NCBI RefSeq assembly: GCF_964355755.1
Contig: NC_092674.1
Location: 31,124,001 to 31,188,000, forward strand
Source of the DNA: Antedon mediterranea
Lineage: Eukaryota; Animalia; Echinodermata
Direction: 5' to 3'
DNA: 64,000 nt
Shown here: positions 50,637 through 63,225 of the stretch, piece by piece
How the letters are laid out: each line of letters begins with the position of its first letter
Numbering within the stretch: position 1 is the first letter of the stretch
Made by a program: the position numbers and the translations under genes
Notes under the pieces: model-generated
Databases searched by the model: none
Told to the model about the DNA's origin: nothing
The model's input: only the letters and a program-made list of their open reading frames with translations

Positions 50637-53600
50637 ATGCCAACAATAGAAGAGGTACCAGAAGATGTTCCAACAAGTACAACCGGCAACGGAGGCCAAC
50701 AGCAGCAGCAGCAGGAGCAACAAGCACATAGTTGGAGAGCTGTCGGTGTACGTAAGCTATGAAGCACAGACACATTACATTCTCCACTCACAAACCAGCG
50801 TTAAATACACATTTAAACCTATTATTCTTTATTGTTAGGGTCAAATTTTCCAATGCGAATCATTTGTCTCATTTGACCTTAAAAACTGTCTCAATTGTGC
50901 ATTACTGTAGCGCACAAAACCTCTTATTCATATAGGAACCAATTTCGTTTGATATAATCACTTAATAATAATAATTGATGATTACAATCAATAAGATTGA
51001 TAAAGATATACCATTAGGTACAATATCACCAAGTTTGTTGTGTGTGTTTTTTTAATTTAGAGCCATCTACTGGAAAACAAAGTTGACTGTGGAATGTGGA
51101 TAGCTCGCATTGCAAGCGTTACGTTTTCAATCATGTATGTCCTGCCCTTATCAAGGTAATTTATTTATCATAACATCCACTAATAAGTTTACAAACAATA
51201 GATTCAGTACCGTATTCAATTGTGTTTTTCATAATTACCAAATATTAATATTTTTATAATATATAAGTGAATTAATCATTGAGTCATAGTAGCCACAGTC
51301 ACTTACCTTGGCTGACCTGTTTTTTTGTTGGTTTGGTAAAATAAATAAATGAAAAATTAAATGAAATAATATTGGTTAAAGGGGGATTCTGGGTTTAAAA
51401 TTGCTTTTAAATATCGTTTATTTATTAAATAAAAAATATTATAAAAATATAGACATGTCAGAATGAAGAAATAATAACGAGAAATAAAAAAATAAAATTT
51501 CATATACATTTTAGGGTAAATTCATGGAAAGTCTGTTTTTCAGCAGCTTAGGGAAGCTCATTAATATTCATGAGATATTCACAAAATCACGTCATCAGTG
51601 GATTCCAAACTCGCGACGTCATGTACGTTGTGTTTTTCAATCTCCCCTGTCAAACGACGACCACCAGATCATTGTGAAATACATTATTTGTAGGTTTTCT
51701 AAGGTAGGCCTAAAGTGTAATAATAACAGTAGTAGCATATATTTATTTGACATTTAATAAAATACAAAATTTAGTACAGATTACGGAGTCATAAATTATA
51801 TACTATTTTTATACCTCGAATAGTACAGATCGTACTATCGGTTTCACGTACTAGGCTAGGCCTAAATCATTTTTTTTCATGGGTGAGAGCCATTCTGACT
51901 AGAGATTAAAACGCTAAAACATTGGGGCCCATCATGGGCCTAGCTAGCCTACTACTAAACGATTGGCCCACTACTAAACGATTGGCCCATAAATAACAAA
52001 ACTCAGTGGATTCCAAACCCATCCTATCAACCAAACTCCTAAACAATCTAAACCTAAAACATTCTACAAAATCGGCTGTAAATATCGCCGTTCGCCGTCC
52101 GCACGTATGATGTCCCGATCGTCTAAGTAGGCCTAAAATAGGCCTAATTTACTCTCCAAAAAAGCGGATACTACCTGCATCAAGCAAGTAGACCAGTAGT
52201 AGGAAGGAGACCTAGCCGATCCGGCCCAGTTAAAAATTGAGCTAGCTAGTGTAGTAGACCCTATGCGAATTGATACTACCAGGCCTTTTACTAGGCTACA
52301 CTTCTTAAAATTAGCAATACTTATGTTTACAAATATTCCAACTCTCTCATTCGAGCTATATTATCTATACCATTCCGGTAGGTCGAGTCGACCTTCAATC
52401 AAATACTGTACATCGTTCATGTTGTAATTATAGACGGGGTATACTCGACCCGACCAGTTTGGTATTGTATACTGTATCTGCTTATCACGTGACGATGCCA
52501 GGCATGGGTAGATAGAGCACGTGTATCGTCGTCTCGCTCTCCTCGCTCTCAGCAGGAATGTATACGTTACGCTTCATTGATGTTGAAGGCTTTCCCTAAG
52601 TCAGTGCGAAAATCGGCAAACGTAAAGTGCAAACATATCTAATTTTTCACTGTTTTGATGAATTTTCATAGAACATTGACTTTATAAATGGGAAGACCGA
52701 CTAAAATTACATCAGATAAGTATAATTTTCCAAAGTAATTGATATGGTTAATGATAACGAGTCGTCGGAAGATTGACCATTTCACGAATTTCCTATTCTG
52801 TAACACAGTGTCATATTGCCGTAGCTGCACTTGTAATCTGGCCTCATTTCACAGCCTTCGTTCTGCTTCACTGGGCGCTTATATAAATTGAAACTTTTAC
52901 CGTTCAAGAGACAAACAAATATATTTTACATTTTTTACTATTCATTTTAAACCCGGAACCCCCCTTTAAATGTGTAGATATACAGGCTAGTAATTTAAAA
53001 AATATACTGAATAATTATAAATGTATGATGTATAAAATTTTAGAATATTTAATATTGTTTTAAATATTTTTAATCCATTCTATTAGTGGCAGGTTTCCCG
53101 CTGTTAAATGTGACGGAAAATAAATAAATAAATTATCATTATTTTGCAGCAGTCGTGAAGAAAGTTACAGTTATTATCAACGTGCACTGATCTGTAACGC
53201 ATTGGCCAGCGCCCTTCGTTTACACCAGCGGATGCCAAATTTCCATTTCTCTCGTCATTACCTCGCTCAGTTGTTACTTGAAGATAGCTGCCATAATGTC
53301 TTGTACTCTTTGATCTTTATCAATGGTTCACCTATTACAAGTATCCTTTATTTCTATGCAGTATTACACAATCAAGTCAAATAAAAACCTGTTTTACGTT
53401 CTGGTAATTGATTGATTGATCACTTTATTTCAGAATAAAATTCAATGTATAAAACAAAAACAATACAAAATGGAAAATCACACTAAAATATGATTTTCCT
53501 CATTTAAAGTACAGTATTATATAGTATTTATAGAGAAATTGTTAGCATATTTAATAACATCTGTAAACGGTCATGTTGTGTTAGCCAGTTTAGCTGTATC

Positions 53601-55082
53601 CCTCTCATATGTATATTCTAGTACACTAGCCTTTTACTGTGTATATATATATATATATATATATATGACCTGTTTGTACAGGACATGCAATTCTGTGTAG
53701 TCAACTGATATCTGATAATGCAATGATTAACACAAACAGGAGAATTTAGCTTATCAAGAAAAGTTTAATACTGGTTCTAATTTATTTTAACAAGCCTTAA
53801 CATATATACAGTTGCTTTGATTCCAGTTTTTCTATATAGCCTACTTCATTCCTCAAATTACACCAGGAAACTGCTGGATGTAAGTTGTTTTATATGTATA
53901 TTAAGCTTTGTCTACACTATCAAACTGACGAAAAGTCGTATCACTACCATATATGAGCCTATTACTACCATATTTGGGCACATCACTGTCATACACCATA
54001 ATTGTCATATGAACATTCATCAATTCTTCACCACTGCTACCATGACATCATCATCATCATCACCATTAGGTAGCATTAATAGAGTAAGGTACTAATAATT
54101 GAGGTTCATCCAAACTCTTTTTCACACCCTACACATACCCTGCTCCTTTTGGACACCCTTTTAGGGGGAACTTTCCAGTGACGAACCCTAAATAGTTGAC
54201 CCAGTGACGAACCCTAAATAGTTGACCCAGTGACGAACCCTAAATAGTTGACCCAGTGACGAACCCTAAATAGTTGACCCTTAAAAGACTTTCTACTGTA
54301 TGTTGTTGACCATGATGTATTTTATATTTTTTTATGTATAGAAAGCTGGGCCTACGTCAGTACCTATTCTGAGGAATTTGATCAATAAACTGGTGGCGAG
54401 GCAGACGGACATACTGCGTATCATTGCTTTTAATGAAATTATCTTGTTTCCATTTTTATTTTTTATGTTGTTCTAGTAAGTACTGAAAGTAAATATATCC
54501 TAATTTTGAAATGTACAAATGTGAGAACAATTTTGTCTGAATCATTAATGTTTGCTTGTACAATAATGTCTCGGAATAAAAGGTTTCCTTATAATAAGTC
54601 TTAAGTATAAAGCAACAGAGGAAACAAACCAGCTCCCTTTTAAGATTTTCTTAATCTGATTAGTAAAAAACAAAATGTAAACCAGCCAACCTAATTTCAT
54701 TTGTACCTTCTTGTTAAAATGACAATAAATAATGTTGTATCGTAAACATTTTTTTTCAGTGGTAAATGCAGCCTCTTGTCGCCGTTTATGCATTTCAATT
54801 TTTTAGTATATCGCTATGCATCACGCAGAAATCCATACACCAGGTAATTTAATCATTTATTTTACACCTCAAAGCAGACAATATCTTTTGTTAAATTAAT
54901 TTAAAATCCGTTTAACATTACGTTTTTTTTATTTCAGACAAATTATGGGAGAATTGCGCATGAAAGCTGAAGAGTTTGCACAACGTCCTTCAACACCTGG
55001 TTTCATTAAGACTACTATTGAAAAGTCCGTGTCTTTACTGTCAAGGTTTGCTGTACCTATGAACACTGCGCCAAGGCTTTAA
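50637..55082 (+). CDS. TMEM33: Transmembrane protein 33 (Pom33/Krueppel homolog 2 family), 7 coding exons: 50637-50747, 51061-51155, 53150-53340, 53812-53879, 54342-54475, 54760-54843, 54938-55082
   Basis: Spliced translation MPTIEEVPED...ENKVDCGMWIAR...YYQRALICNALASALRLHQRMPNFHFSRHYLAQLLLEDSCHNVLYSLIF...IPVFLYSLLHSSNYTRKLLD...ILRIIAFNEI...YRYASRRNPYTR...ELR closely matches vertebrate TMEM33. Splice sites and phases are consistent. Confidence 0.95.
51380..52965. mobile_element. Kolobok-like non-autonomous DNA transposon in TMEM33 intron
   Basis: TTAA TSD (51376-51379, 52966-52969); TIR AGGGGGATTCTGGGTTTAAAAT versus reverse complement AGGGGGGTTCCGGGTTTAAAAT; purine-purine termini with TTAA fit Kolobok. 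Confidence 0.85.
53341..53811 (+). other. U12-type (minor spliceosome) GT-AG intron of TMEM33
   Basis: Donor GTATCCTTT at 53341; branch-point GCCTTAAC at about 53794-53801, ~10 nt before the CAG acceptor, with no polypyrimidine tract. Confidence 0.9.
53642..53666. repeat. (TA)n microsatellite
   Basis: Direct reading; a similar tract lies at 2772-2791. Confidence 0.9.
53904..53990. mobile_element. MITE family B, partial copy in TMEM33 intron
   Basis: AGCTTTGTCTACACTATCAAACT...ATCACTACCATAT...TACTACCATATTTGGGCACATCAC. Confidence 0.65.
54175..54280. repeat. 26-bp tandem repeat x4 (TMEM33 intron)
   Basis: (CCAGTGACGAACCCTAAATAGTTGAC)4. Confidence 0.95.
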
Positions 55083-55534
55083 ACACACACTCTATTCTCT
55101 GTATGATTTTGACATTAAGATAGCAAAGTGCAATACAGAATGAATATTGATATTACAAATACTTGACAAACCAATACCGGTGCTTAAAACAAGCTGTCAT
55201 ACAAGTGTTGACTTAAGTAGGATTTGAAACACCCTGTGGAATAATAAGATCTCATTATAGAAAATGATATTTGGAGAACCACTATGATATAAAATGTTTA
55301 GTGAACCCAATTTGTATTAATTTAATGTTCAATTGAGTTATGTATCTATATTAAAGAACATGGTTAAAATTTACACTATGTATACTCTGCATCAGAAATA
55401 TTAAAATAGCACATGTCTACATGTGTGCACATACACCTCTAAAATTGTAAATGTGTACACATGGCCTAACTAATTGGCATGCACAGAATCACACAATGTG
55501 TTCTGCTCTTGTTACCTCAACATATTTTTAAAAG

Positions 55535-56495
55535 TTGATATTTTAGCTATTTTTTGAAAAAAATCCCGGTACTAAAATTTTCCAAAAATGTTGAGCCTTT
55601 TATTTTTTGCCATAACTAGTTACTATGGCTCTATAATATGTTTATAACACAATGTATGTGCATATATGGCAATATTATCACATAATTATTGAATTTTAAA
55701 TAGTGGATATTTTGGCCATTTTTCGAAAAAAAATCGCTGTATATAGTACAGGGAAATTTTCGAAAAATGGCCGATTTTCAACCCTTTTATTTTTTGACAT
55801 AAATGGTTACTATAGCATAATCAACATGCGCAGAGTCGAATAATGCGTTCTGCGCATGTCAATTGTGCTATAGTAACCAGTTTTGACATGAATGGTTACT
55901 ATAGCATATATGGCAATATTATCGCATAATTATTGAATTTTAATTAGTGGATATTTTGGCCATTTTTCGAAAAAAATCGCTGTATATAGTACAGGGAAAT
56001 TTTCGAAAAATGGCCGATTTTCGACCCTTTTATTTTTTGACATAAATGGTTACTATAGCATAATAAACATGCGCAGATACGAATAATTGGTTCTGCGTAT
56101 GTCAATTGTGCTATAGTAACCACTTTTGACATAAATAGTTACTATAGCATAATAAACATTTGCAGAGTCGAATAATGCGTTCTGCGCATGTCAATTGTGC
56201 TATAGTAACCAGTTTTATCGAAAAATAAAAAAGTCGAAAATTGGCCATTTTTCGAAAAAATCCCTGTACTATAGTACAGGGAAATTTTCGAAAAATGGCC
56301 GATTTTCGACCCTTTTATTTTTTGACATAAATGGTTACTATAGCATAATAAGCATGCGAAGAGTCGAATAATTGGTTCTGCGTATGTTAATTGTGCTATA
56401 GTAACCACTTTTTACATAAATGGTCAATTGTTCTATAGTAAAAAAAAATTGGCCATTTTTTGAAAAAATCCCTGTACAGGTAAGTTTTCAAAAAT
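55535..56495. repeat. Complex repeat of two alternating hairpin modules
   Basis: Hairpin A at about 55712-55773, 55957-56016 and 56241-56301; hairpin B at 55804-55879, 56047-56122, 56138-56210 and 56332-56407. Confidence 0.85.
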
Positions 56496-56704
56496 AATAT
56501 AATATTTTTCAAAAAAAACATAATTTAATAATACGAAGAAAAGCTATATTGATGGAAAATTAAATTCATAACATTTGATTGTCACTCAGATAATATATGA
56601 GTAATCTCATAATGTCGATTACAAAATTTACTGGTCAATACGTAGAGTCATGGATGGTAGACTTGAACAAAATAAACGACGAACGCAATTTGGGTAAACG
56701 CGGT

Positions 56705-57262
56705 AAACCCGAAAATAATTTCGGAGGAACGTAGTAAGTAATGTAAAAGAAATCGAAGTAAAAGATGAAAACAAAACTAAAGTTGAAGTGATGAAAAAAT
56801 CCTGTCGTAGAAACTTAAAATTCGAATTTAGTTTTAAAAAACCTCGACTATTATTTCGGAGAAACGGAGTAAATCGAAGTAAAAGATGAAATAAAAATGG
56901 TCGATGTGATGAAAAAATCCTGTCGTAGAAACTTGAAATTCGAATATAGTTGAAAAAATCTCCTTAAAAATAATTTCGGAGAAACGCAGTAAGTATCGAA
57001 GTAAAAGATGAAATAAAAAAAATCGAATGAAAAAAAAAATCCTGTCGTAGAAACTCGAATTTCGAATTTAACAGAAATCGAAGTAAAAGATAAAAACCAA
57101 AATAAAGTCGAAGTGATGAACAAATCCTGTCGCAGCAACTTGAAATTCGATTCAGTTGAAAAAAAACCCCGAAAATAATATTGTAGAATCGAAGTAAAAG
57201 ATATGAAAACCAAAAAAGTGATGAAAAAATCCTGTCGTAGAAATTTGAATTTAGTTGAATGT
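56705..57262. repeat. Degenerate ~85-125-bp tandem repeat x5
   Basis: Recurrent AAATCCTGTCGTAGAAA and ATCGAAGTAAAAGAT motifs. Confidence 0.85.
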
Positions 57263-57419
57263 TTTTACAATATGTTAGGGGCCTACGTAGGTCTACATAT
57301 ACAATAAACCTACAAGGTTGCATCACACACACCACCGTAAGTCACCAAAACGGTCATTTCTATCGGTGCAATATTACGTAACGTAAAAATGCAGAAATTT
57401 GAATTTCAATGGCGCTTGT

Positions 57420-57674
57420 TTTAGAATATGGGTTGTTATATCACACCGGTCCATTCTGTAATGTACCTATCTTAGAATGTGGGTTGTTATATCACACCGG
57501 TCCATTCTGTAATGTACCTATCTTAGAATGTGGGTTGTTATATCACACTGGTCGATTCTGTAATGTACCTATCTTAGAATGTGGGTTGTTATATCACACC
57601 GGTCCATTCTGTAATGTACCTATCTTAGAATGTGGGTTGTTATATCACACCGGTCCATTCTGTAATGTACCTAT
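57420..57674. repeat. 51-bp minisatellite x5
   Basis: (TTAGAATGTGGGTTGTTATATCACACCGGTCCATTCTGTAATGTACCTATC)5. Confidence 0.95.
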
Positions 57675-60600
57675 CAGTTTAAAACCAATGCTATGTATTT
57701 TTTGGATTGTTACTCGTTTTATTAATGGAGGAAAAAAACCTCAATGGATCGATGTATTATAATAAACGGTAGTATACACATGAAGAGAGAGGGAAAATAA
57801 ATGCTCCTTCATTCTTATTCTCGGAGTATTTATGGCATTCCTCCATGGTGGTACAAACACAATACACGTAAGACACGCTTATGAAATCTGAGCTGACCAC
57901 CAAAGATGGAAATGCCTAATGCAAATATCTGGCTTATATAATGCATACTCTGATACATAAATATGTTAATAACATAATGTTTAATCACTTACTTTTGTCG
58001 ACTTCTTTTTCACGTCTGCTGCTCACTTCTCAGAAACAACTCTCAACTGCATTGAGTCCATGATTACGTCAACGACGCGTCACACGTGCACACGACATTC
58101 AATTTAAATAAAAATACAAATCTGTAAAATCCACACGACGGTCTTCAAATTAAACATTTTTTGTCTGAGTTACGGTTTCCCTAAATAAGTTGTTAAAATT
58201 TATGTATAAATGATAATTCACTAAATGGAAGGTGCCGCTTATTGAATCAATCATATTACATTATGTAACCGTTTACTCAAGGTGGTTCAGTCGCGTGTCA
58301 TTCATGGATTCTATACTTAATATCTCCGTGAAAGCAATGAAATTAGTAATGCTGTATAAATTCGTCGACACAAGAGAGTTTGCATTGTACAACACGTTGG
58401 TGGTATATTTGAGGTAATGATACTACCAAGCCCAGTGCAAAACTACATTGTTGAACAAGAGGGTCTGACTTAATCTGGCTATCGGTCTTTTTAAGTAGGC
58501 CTCATATATTACAACACAATAATAACAACAATAATACATCTTTTCTCATACAAAACAAAGAAATTTATTGTGCTCTTAAACATGTCTTAAATCAACAATA
58601 ATAAATTAAACAATTTTCAATTATACACTTAAGTATTAACTTCTTATTGGTAAAAGCCATTTTAAAATTGACGTTTAAATTTGTTCTAAAATACAACTTG
58701 GAAACCAAAACAAATAAAACATAAAAATAAATATCTAAATCTAAAAGAAAAATAATAATCACAAATTAATGAAATAGTGTATCTTTAAACATTTTTGGCT
58801 TGACTTTAAATTTCTTAAATGAACTAAAAGTTATCAACAATTTGTACTGTATTATGTACACTAAACCAAGCACACTTTATGAAGTCTAAATTAGCTAGTT
58901 TACTTTGTACACAATAATAATAATAACATATTTCGGATTGAAGTTGGTTTAAAATACCAATAGGCTAATTCGAGAAATAACTTATTTCTCCTTGAATTAA
59001 CCAAAATGATATTGAAGATGATAATAATAAAGATTTGATTTGATTTGAAGATGATAATAATGTCATAATACCGTGATTATGAAGATGATTACTATAAAAA
59101 TAATATGGCAAAGATTTTAAAAATCCACTTTTATATCACAACTTAAATACTGTACTCATAATGAACTCGGTACTGTTACACCAAAGATTATTTCAAATTT
59201 GATAAATTAGCTTTTTGAAGCTAATATATCATTCAAAATAAACTAAAAAGTTAAAAACAATATCTCAACGTTTGATTTTCATTTTATGCTGGGAAATGCA
59301 GTAACCAAAGTGGAACATTATATCATTATTAATTAGTTTGCTATTTTAGCAAAATCACTCAATTTCAAGTTTTGTTTAGTATGCTGTTTTAAAATGTAGC
59401 ACAGCTTTTCAAGGTGGTGTACGAACCAATCAAAATCCAATAATAATTCAACCACATTTTTATACTCAATTCAGGCACAAACTGACTCCTTATTTTAATT
59501 TTTTTTTTTAATTTTGAAAGGTTGGTTTGGGCAGTTAATAGGAGGAATGGGAAGGCATTTATAAATTAGGAAACTTTATACAAGGTACGCCCAATCAATG
59601 CCAAACTTGTTTTTGCTTATGAAGGAATGCTACAGAACGTAAAGCCACACATAACATAATTTGCATGTTTATGCACCTGGTCAACATGACCTTTGACCTT
59701 AAACTAAACTCATGTGCAATCTGTACGATCATTGGCTTCTAGTGAATTTGTACAAAAATTGATATGTACAAAACGGAGCCCTGAGAACATCGTGAACAGT
59801 ACTATCAACTATCTCAGAACCACCTTGCAATTAAGTAAACTTATTTCTGCTATCCAAAAAATTACAAATTACAAACAAATAAGAATATTGTCTTAGTTTG
59901 TCTTTGTAAAGTGAACTCTATTGGGTTTGCTCCAAACAATGTCCAGTTTTTAACTTAATATATACAAAAGTTTGTAACCTTATGATTTTGTTTTGAGAGA
60001 GTTTCTGGTAGGTGTCTGATTTTAGAACTGTTGATTCTCTTGATCTGTCAAACTTCTATCCTAATCTATATAACAATAATATTATATACAAACAATTGTA
60101 ACGTTTGTTACATCGTGAGCAATAAGCAGAAACAAACAAAAACAATATAAATGTGTAATTTAAAAATTGAAACATGGTGGTTTATTTAATTATTAAACAT
60201 TATGAAGTAAGTGTATTTTGTAAATCTAGTCTTTAACATTATATCATGTTTAGCAACTATACACAATTGTCTCAGTTCTCATACAACAAGCCATCACAAT
60301 TACTGCAACACATTATTATTAGTACTTTCTAAACAAAAAAGTAATACCGGTAAAACGGTAAAAAAAGAGGGTCCAATCAGTTAATCAGTTTTGTAGTGTT
60401 ATTTCTTTGGCAACTTTTAAAACTTATTAGTAATTTCTTATTTTCAAAATTCAATCCACATGTACTTTTCCACATGTTTTTTTTTTCATCTCTTTTCTTT
60501 TTCCCTCATTCTATCTTTATACAGATCTACAATCATGCTTTTTGCCATAGAGAGCAGTAGTCATTCCTAGTAATTCTACAACTTTGGGTAACAGAGCCCA

Positions 60601-61152
60601 GCTCATCTCTACCTCTTTTTAATCCATATTATAAAATTCTAAATCCCTAATTATCATGAAATTTTTATAAAAAAACCCACTTTAATTGTGCAAAGTATGG
60701 TACATAAAAAATGTCTTTATTTATACAAAACATCTAAAATGTCTATAAATACAACAAGTCATTAATTGTATCCAAGTATGCATTTAATCAGTTAAAAATA
60801 TCAATAAAAGCTATTTTAATTTGAGATAAAATATGTCATAATCTTGTTATGCATATATTTTTTAAATATCACACAGTTTGCCAAAAAAAAATGATAAAAA
60901 AATGAAATGTTGAAATGTTCGTTTTCAGAACTGCTTCATCTGCTAATTTGCATACAGTATAATTTCTTCTATAAATTTGTTGTTCTTACTGTTCATCATT
61001 CGGTCTTATACCGATTATTTTTTGCATTTACACAATGGATAACAAAGCAGCACATTTGTACATTTCTAAAGTTGAAGTGTGGCATTCTGATATTTTCTTC
61101 TTACTACTTGCATGACATTCTGGTGGGCGAAGTCTAACTGTAGCACCATCGT

Positions 61153-63225
61153 CTATTGTGAGTGGTAGAGGGAGCACTTGTAATATCGGTGAACATCTAA
61201 AATAATTAAAAAGAAATATTATAATCTTCCACTCTCTCGAAAAAAAAACCATGATTTAATAAATTGTTAATTTATATTAAATATTTTTTGTTTAGTAGTT
61301 ATACAAGAACAGAAAAAAAAAAGGATTCTGAGTTGTTAGAATACAAATAAAAACATGAAACAAACAGAAATAGAAAAAAACTGGAATGAACAAATGTTAA
61401 AATGATAGAAAAAGGTTAAATGGAAAAGAAGAATTAGTTTATACAATAATAATAATACAGCTCTGTTTATTGATTTAATAATCTCAACAGAAGTCCATTT
61501 ATACTAGGACGATAACAATCGATGACAAATAAATAAATGTACATATTTCTTACACAAAACAAAAGAAATTTAAAAAAGTTGTTTGAACTATAGGATAACC
61601 ATTTATCATATGTTGTCTTTGATAACAATTATTTAAAAAATGATTTCCAATAATGTCATGATCAATAAGAGCAATATTATTGCTCTTACTTAATCATTAC
61701 ATAATTTGATTGGTTACATTAATGGTTATCCTATAGTTCTAGTACGAAAACTCTTTTGATTTATTTTCTTTTTTTGTAGAAAAATGCATATTTATTGTCA
61801 TTCCTATCGTCTGGTATAAAAGGTCAGATTATGTTAGTAAATGGAAAGGTGACATGAGACAGAAACTGGAGGACAGCTAAACAAGACACTTAAAACTGCG
61901 TGTTGTGTCTCTTACCGCGTCCATGACAACGCTCAGGCATCTAAATGGTACTCTTCTGTGCGTCGGTGCTCATATACACGATGGGAGGGCGACAAACTGT
62001 ACCTCTCACCTTGCATTTTACGGTCCATCTCACTTCGGATGGATCGTTCCATTTCGTGTTCCATTTCACCACGAATGGATCTTTCCATCTCGTGCTCATG
62101 TGGGATGTCTTCATCTGTTAGAAAAAACAAACATATTGAATATTATATATTTTTTATTTATAGTTGAAAATTTATCTGAAAAATGTCAGGCACACCAAGA
62201 AATTATAGAAAAGCCCGTTATGTATTAAAAACAACATCAATATGGATTACTGCAGTAATCTATTGCAGTAATTTATTGCACATACCTTGTTCACCATTCA
62301 GAGGCCTCATAGACTCATTTGTGTTGATGTGTTTGATGGATTCGTCCCCAGAAATGTGGCGTTTTTGTTCGATTTCCAATTCTTCTTGTAGTCTCCTCTT
62401 AGCTCTTTTTTCTTTCTTTAACCTTTTCTGAATAATGGCTACAAAAAGATATTTGACATTAAGAAAAACTACAAGAAATTTGAATTTAAAAATATATAAA
62501 ACCAAGTGAATGGATGTAAGAACGAACCATAAAATTGACAAGTAAATTTATTTCCAATGGGGTCTATTCTTGTATACACCAAAATAAATCGTAAGACCCA
62601 AACTAATCTGAAAACAGATTTGATAAACGTGGGAAAAAAGTGAGAAGGAATGGGAATAACAACAAGCTTTAGCATTTGATAAACGGTACATGCGTACGTG
62701 ATTGAATTTCCACCATTTCACTTTTTGTTTCCTTAAAACTTCTTCTGGAGATTAGGACTCTAGACACATTTCCAATTTTTAAACTGACCTCACTAATTAA
62801 TTTATTGTTTGTGATACATACACTACATAAATTCAATCATAACTATTTGCAGATGCGGCAAGTTCATGTTAAATATTCCCTCCCAAAAGACTAAACTGAC
62901 AAATATTTAAAATCACTAATGAAACATTTAATATTTTTACATCATGCAAGTTTTGTTTGCAAGTGATTTTTAATTGAAACGTGACGTTAATATTTAAAAA
63001 ATGAATTTAGAAAAAAGTTCCATGTAAAGTAACCAATAATCTTCTAAGGTGACAAGAAACGCTTTTAAATCTTAACGTAATTAAGTACGTACTCTATTTT
63101 AATTTTTTTTAAATTAATTAATCAATACTATATTTTCTTACCTATCCTCCTCATTTCATTCTGGAGCTGCTTCTCGATTGCTTCGTTTAATTCTTTCTGT
63201 CTTATTATTTCTAATTTCATCTCAG
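61153..63225 (-). CDS. DACH: Dachshund homolog, last 4 coding exons (DD2 coiled coil and C-terminus): 63225-63142, 62438-62286, 62114-62010, 61196-61153; gene continues beyond the right edge
   Basis: EMKLEIIRQKELNEAIEKQLQNEMRRI/AIIQKRLKKEKRAKRRLQEELEIEQKR...SMRPLNG...KMQ/DVHRYYKCSLYHSQ* parallels DACH1 ELKMDFLRERELRETLEKQL...AIVQKRLKKEKKAKRKLQEALEFE...IQDGRLYLKTTVMY. Phase-1 GT-AG introns. Confidence 0.9.
61495..61825. repeat. ~330-bp imperfect foldback (MITE-like) in the last DACH intron
   Basis: Nested inverted pairs: TTTATACTAGGACGATA/TATCGTCTGGTATAAA, GAACTATAGGATAACCATT/AATGGTTATCCTATAGTTC, centre TAAGAGCAATATTATTGCTCTTA. Confidence 0.7.

Noticed and set aside
50547-50791. Minus-strand signal-peptide-like ORFs (MCLLLLLLLL...)
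   Set aside because: Antisense shadow of the CAG/poly-Q run in the first coding exon of TMEM33.
55944-57335. ORFs in the repeat region downstream of TMEM33
   Set aside because: Low-complexity translations of tandem or hairpin repeats.
57409-57762. 117-aa ORF with a 17-aa Cys/His repeat
   Set aside because: Product of a 51-bp minisatellite with nearly identical DNA units; no splice or homology support.
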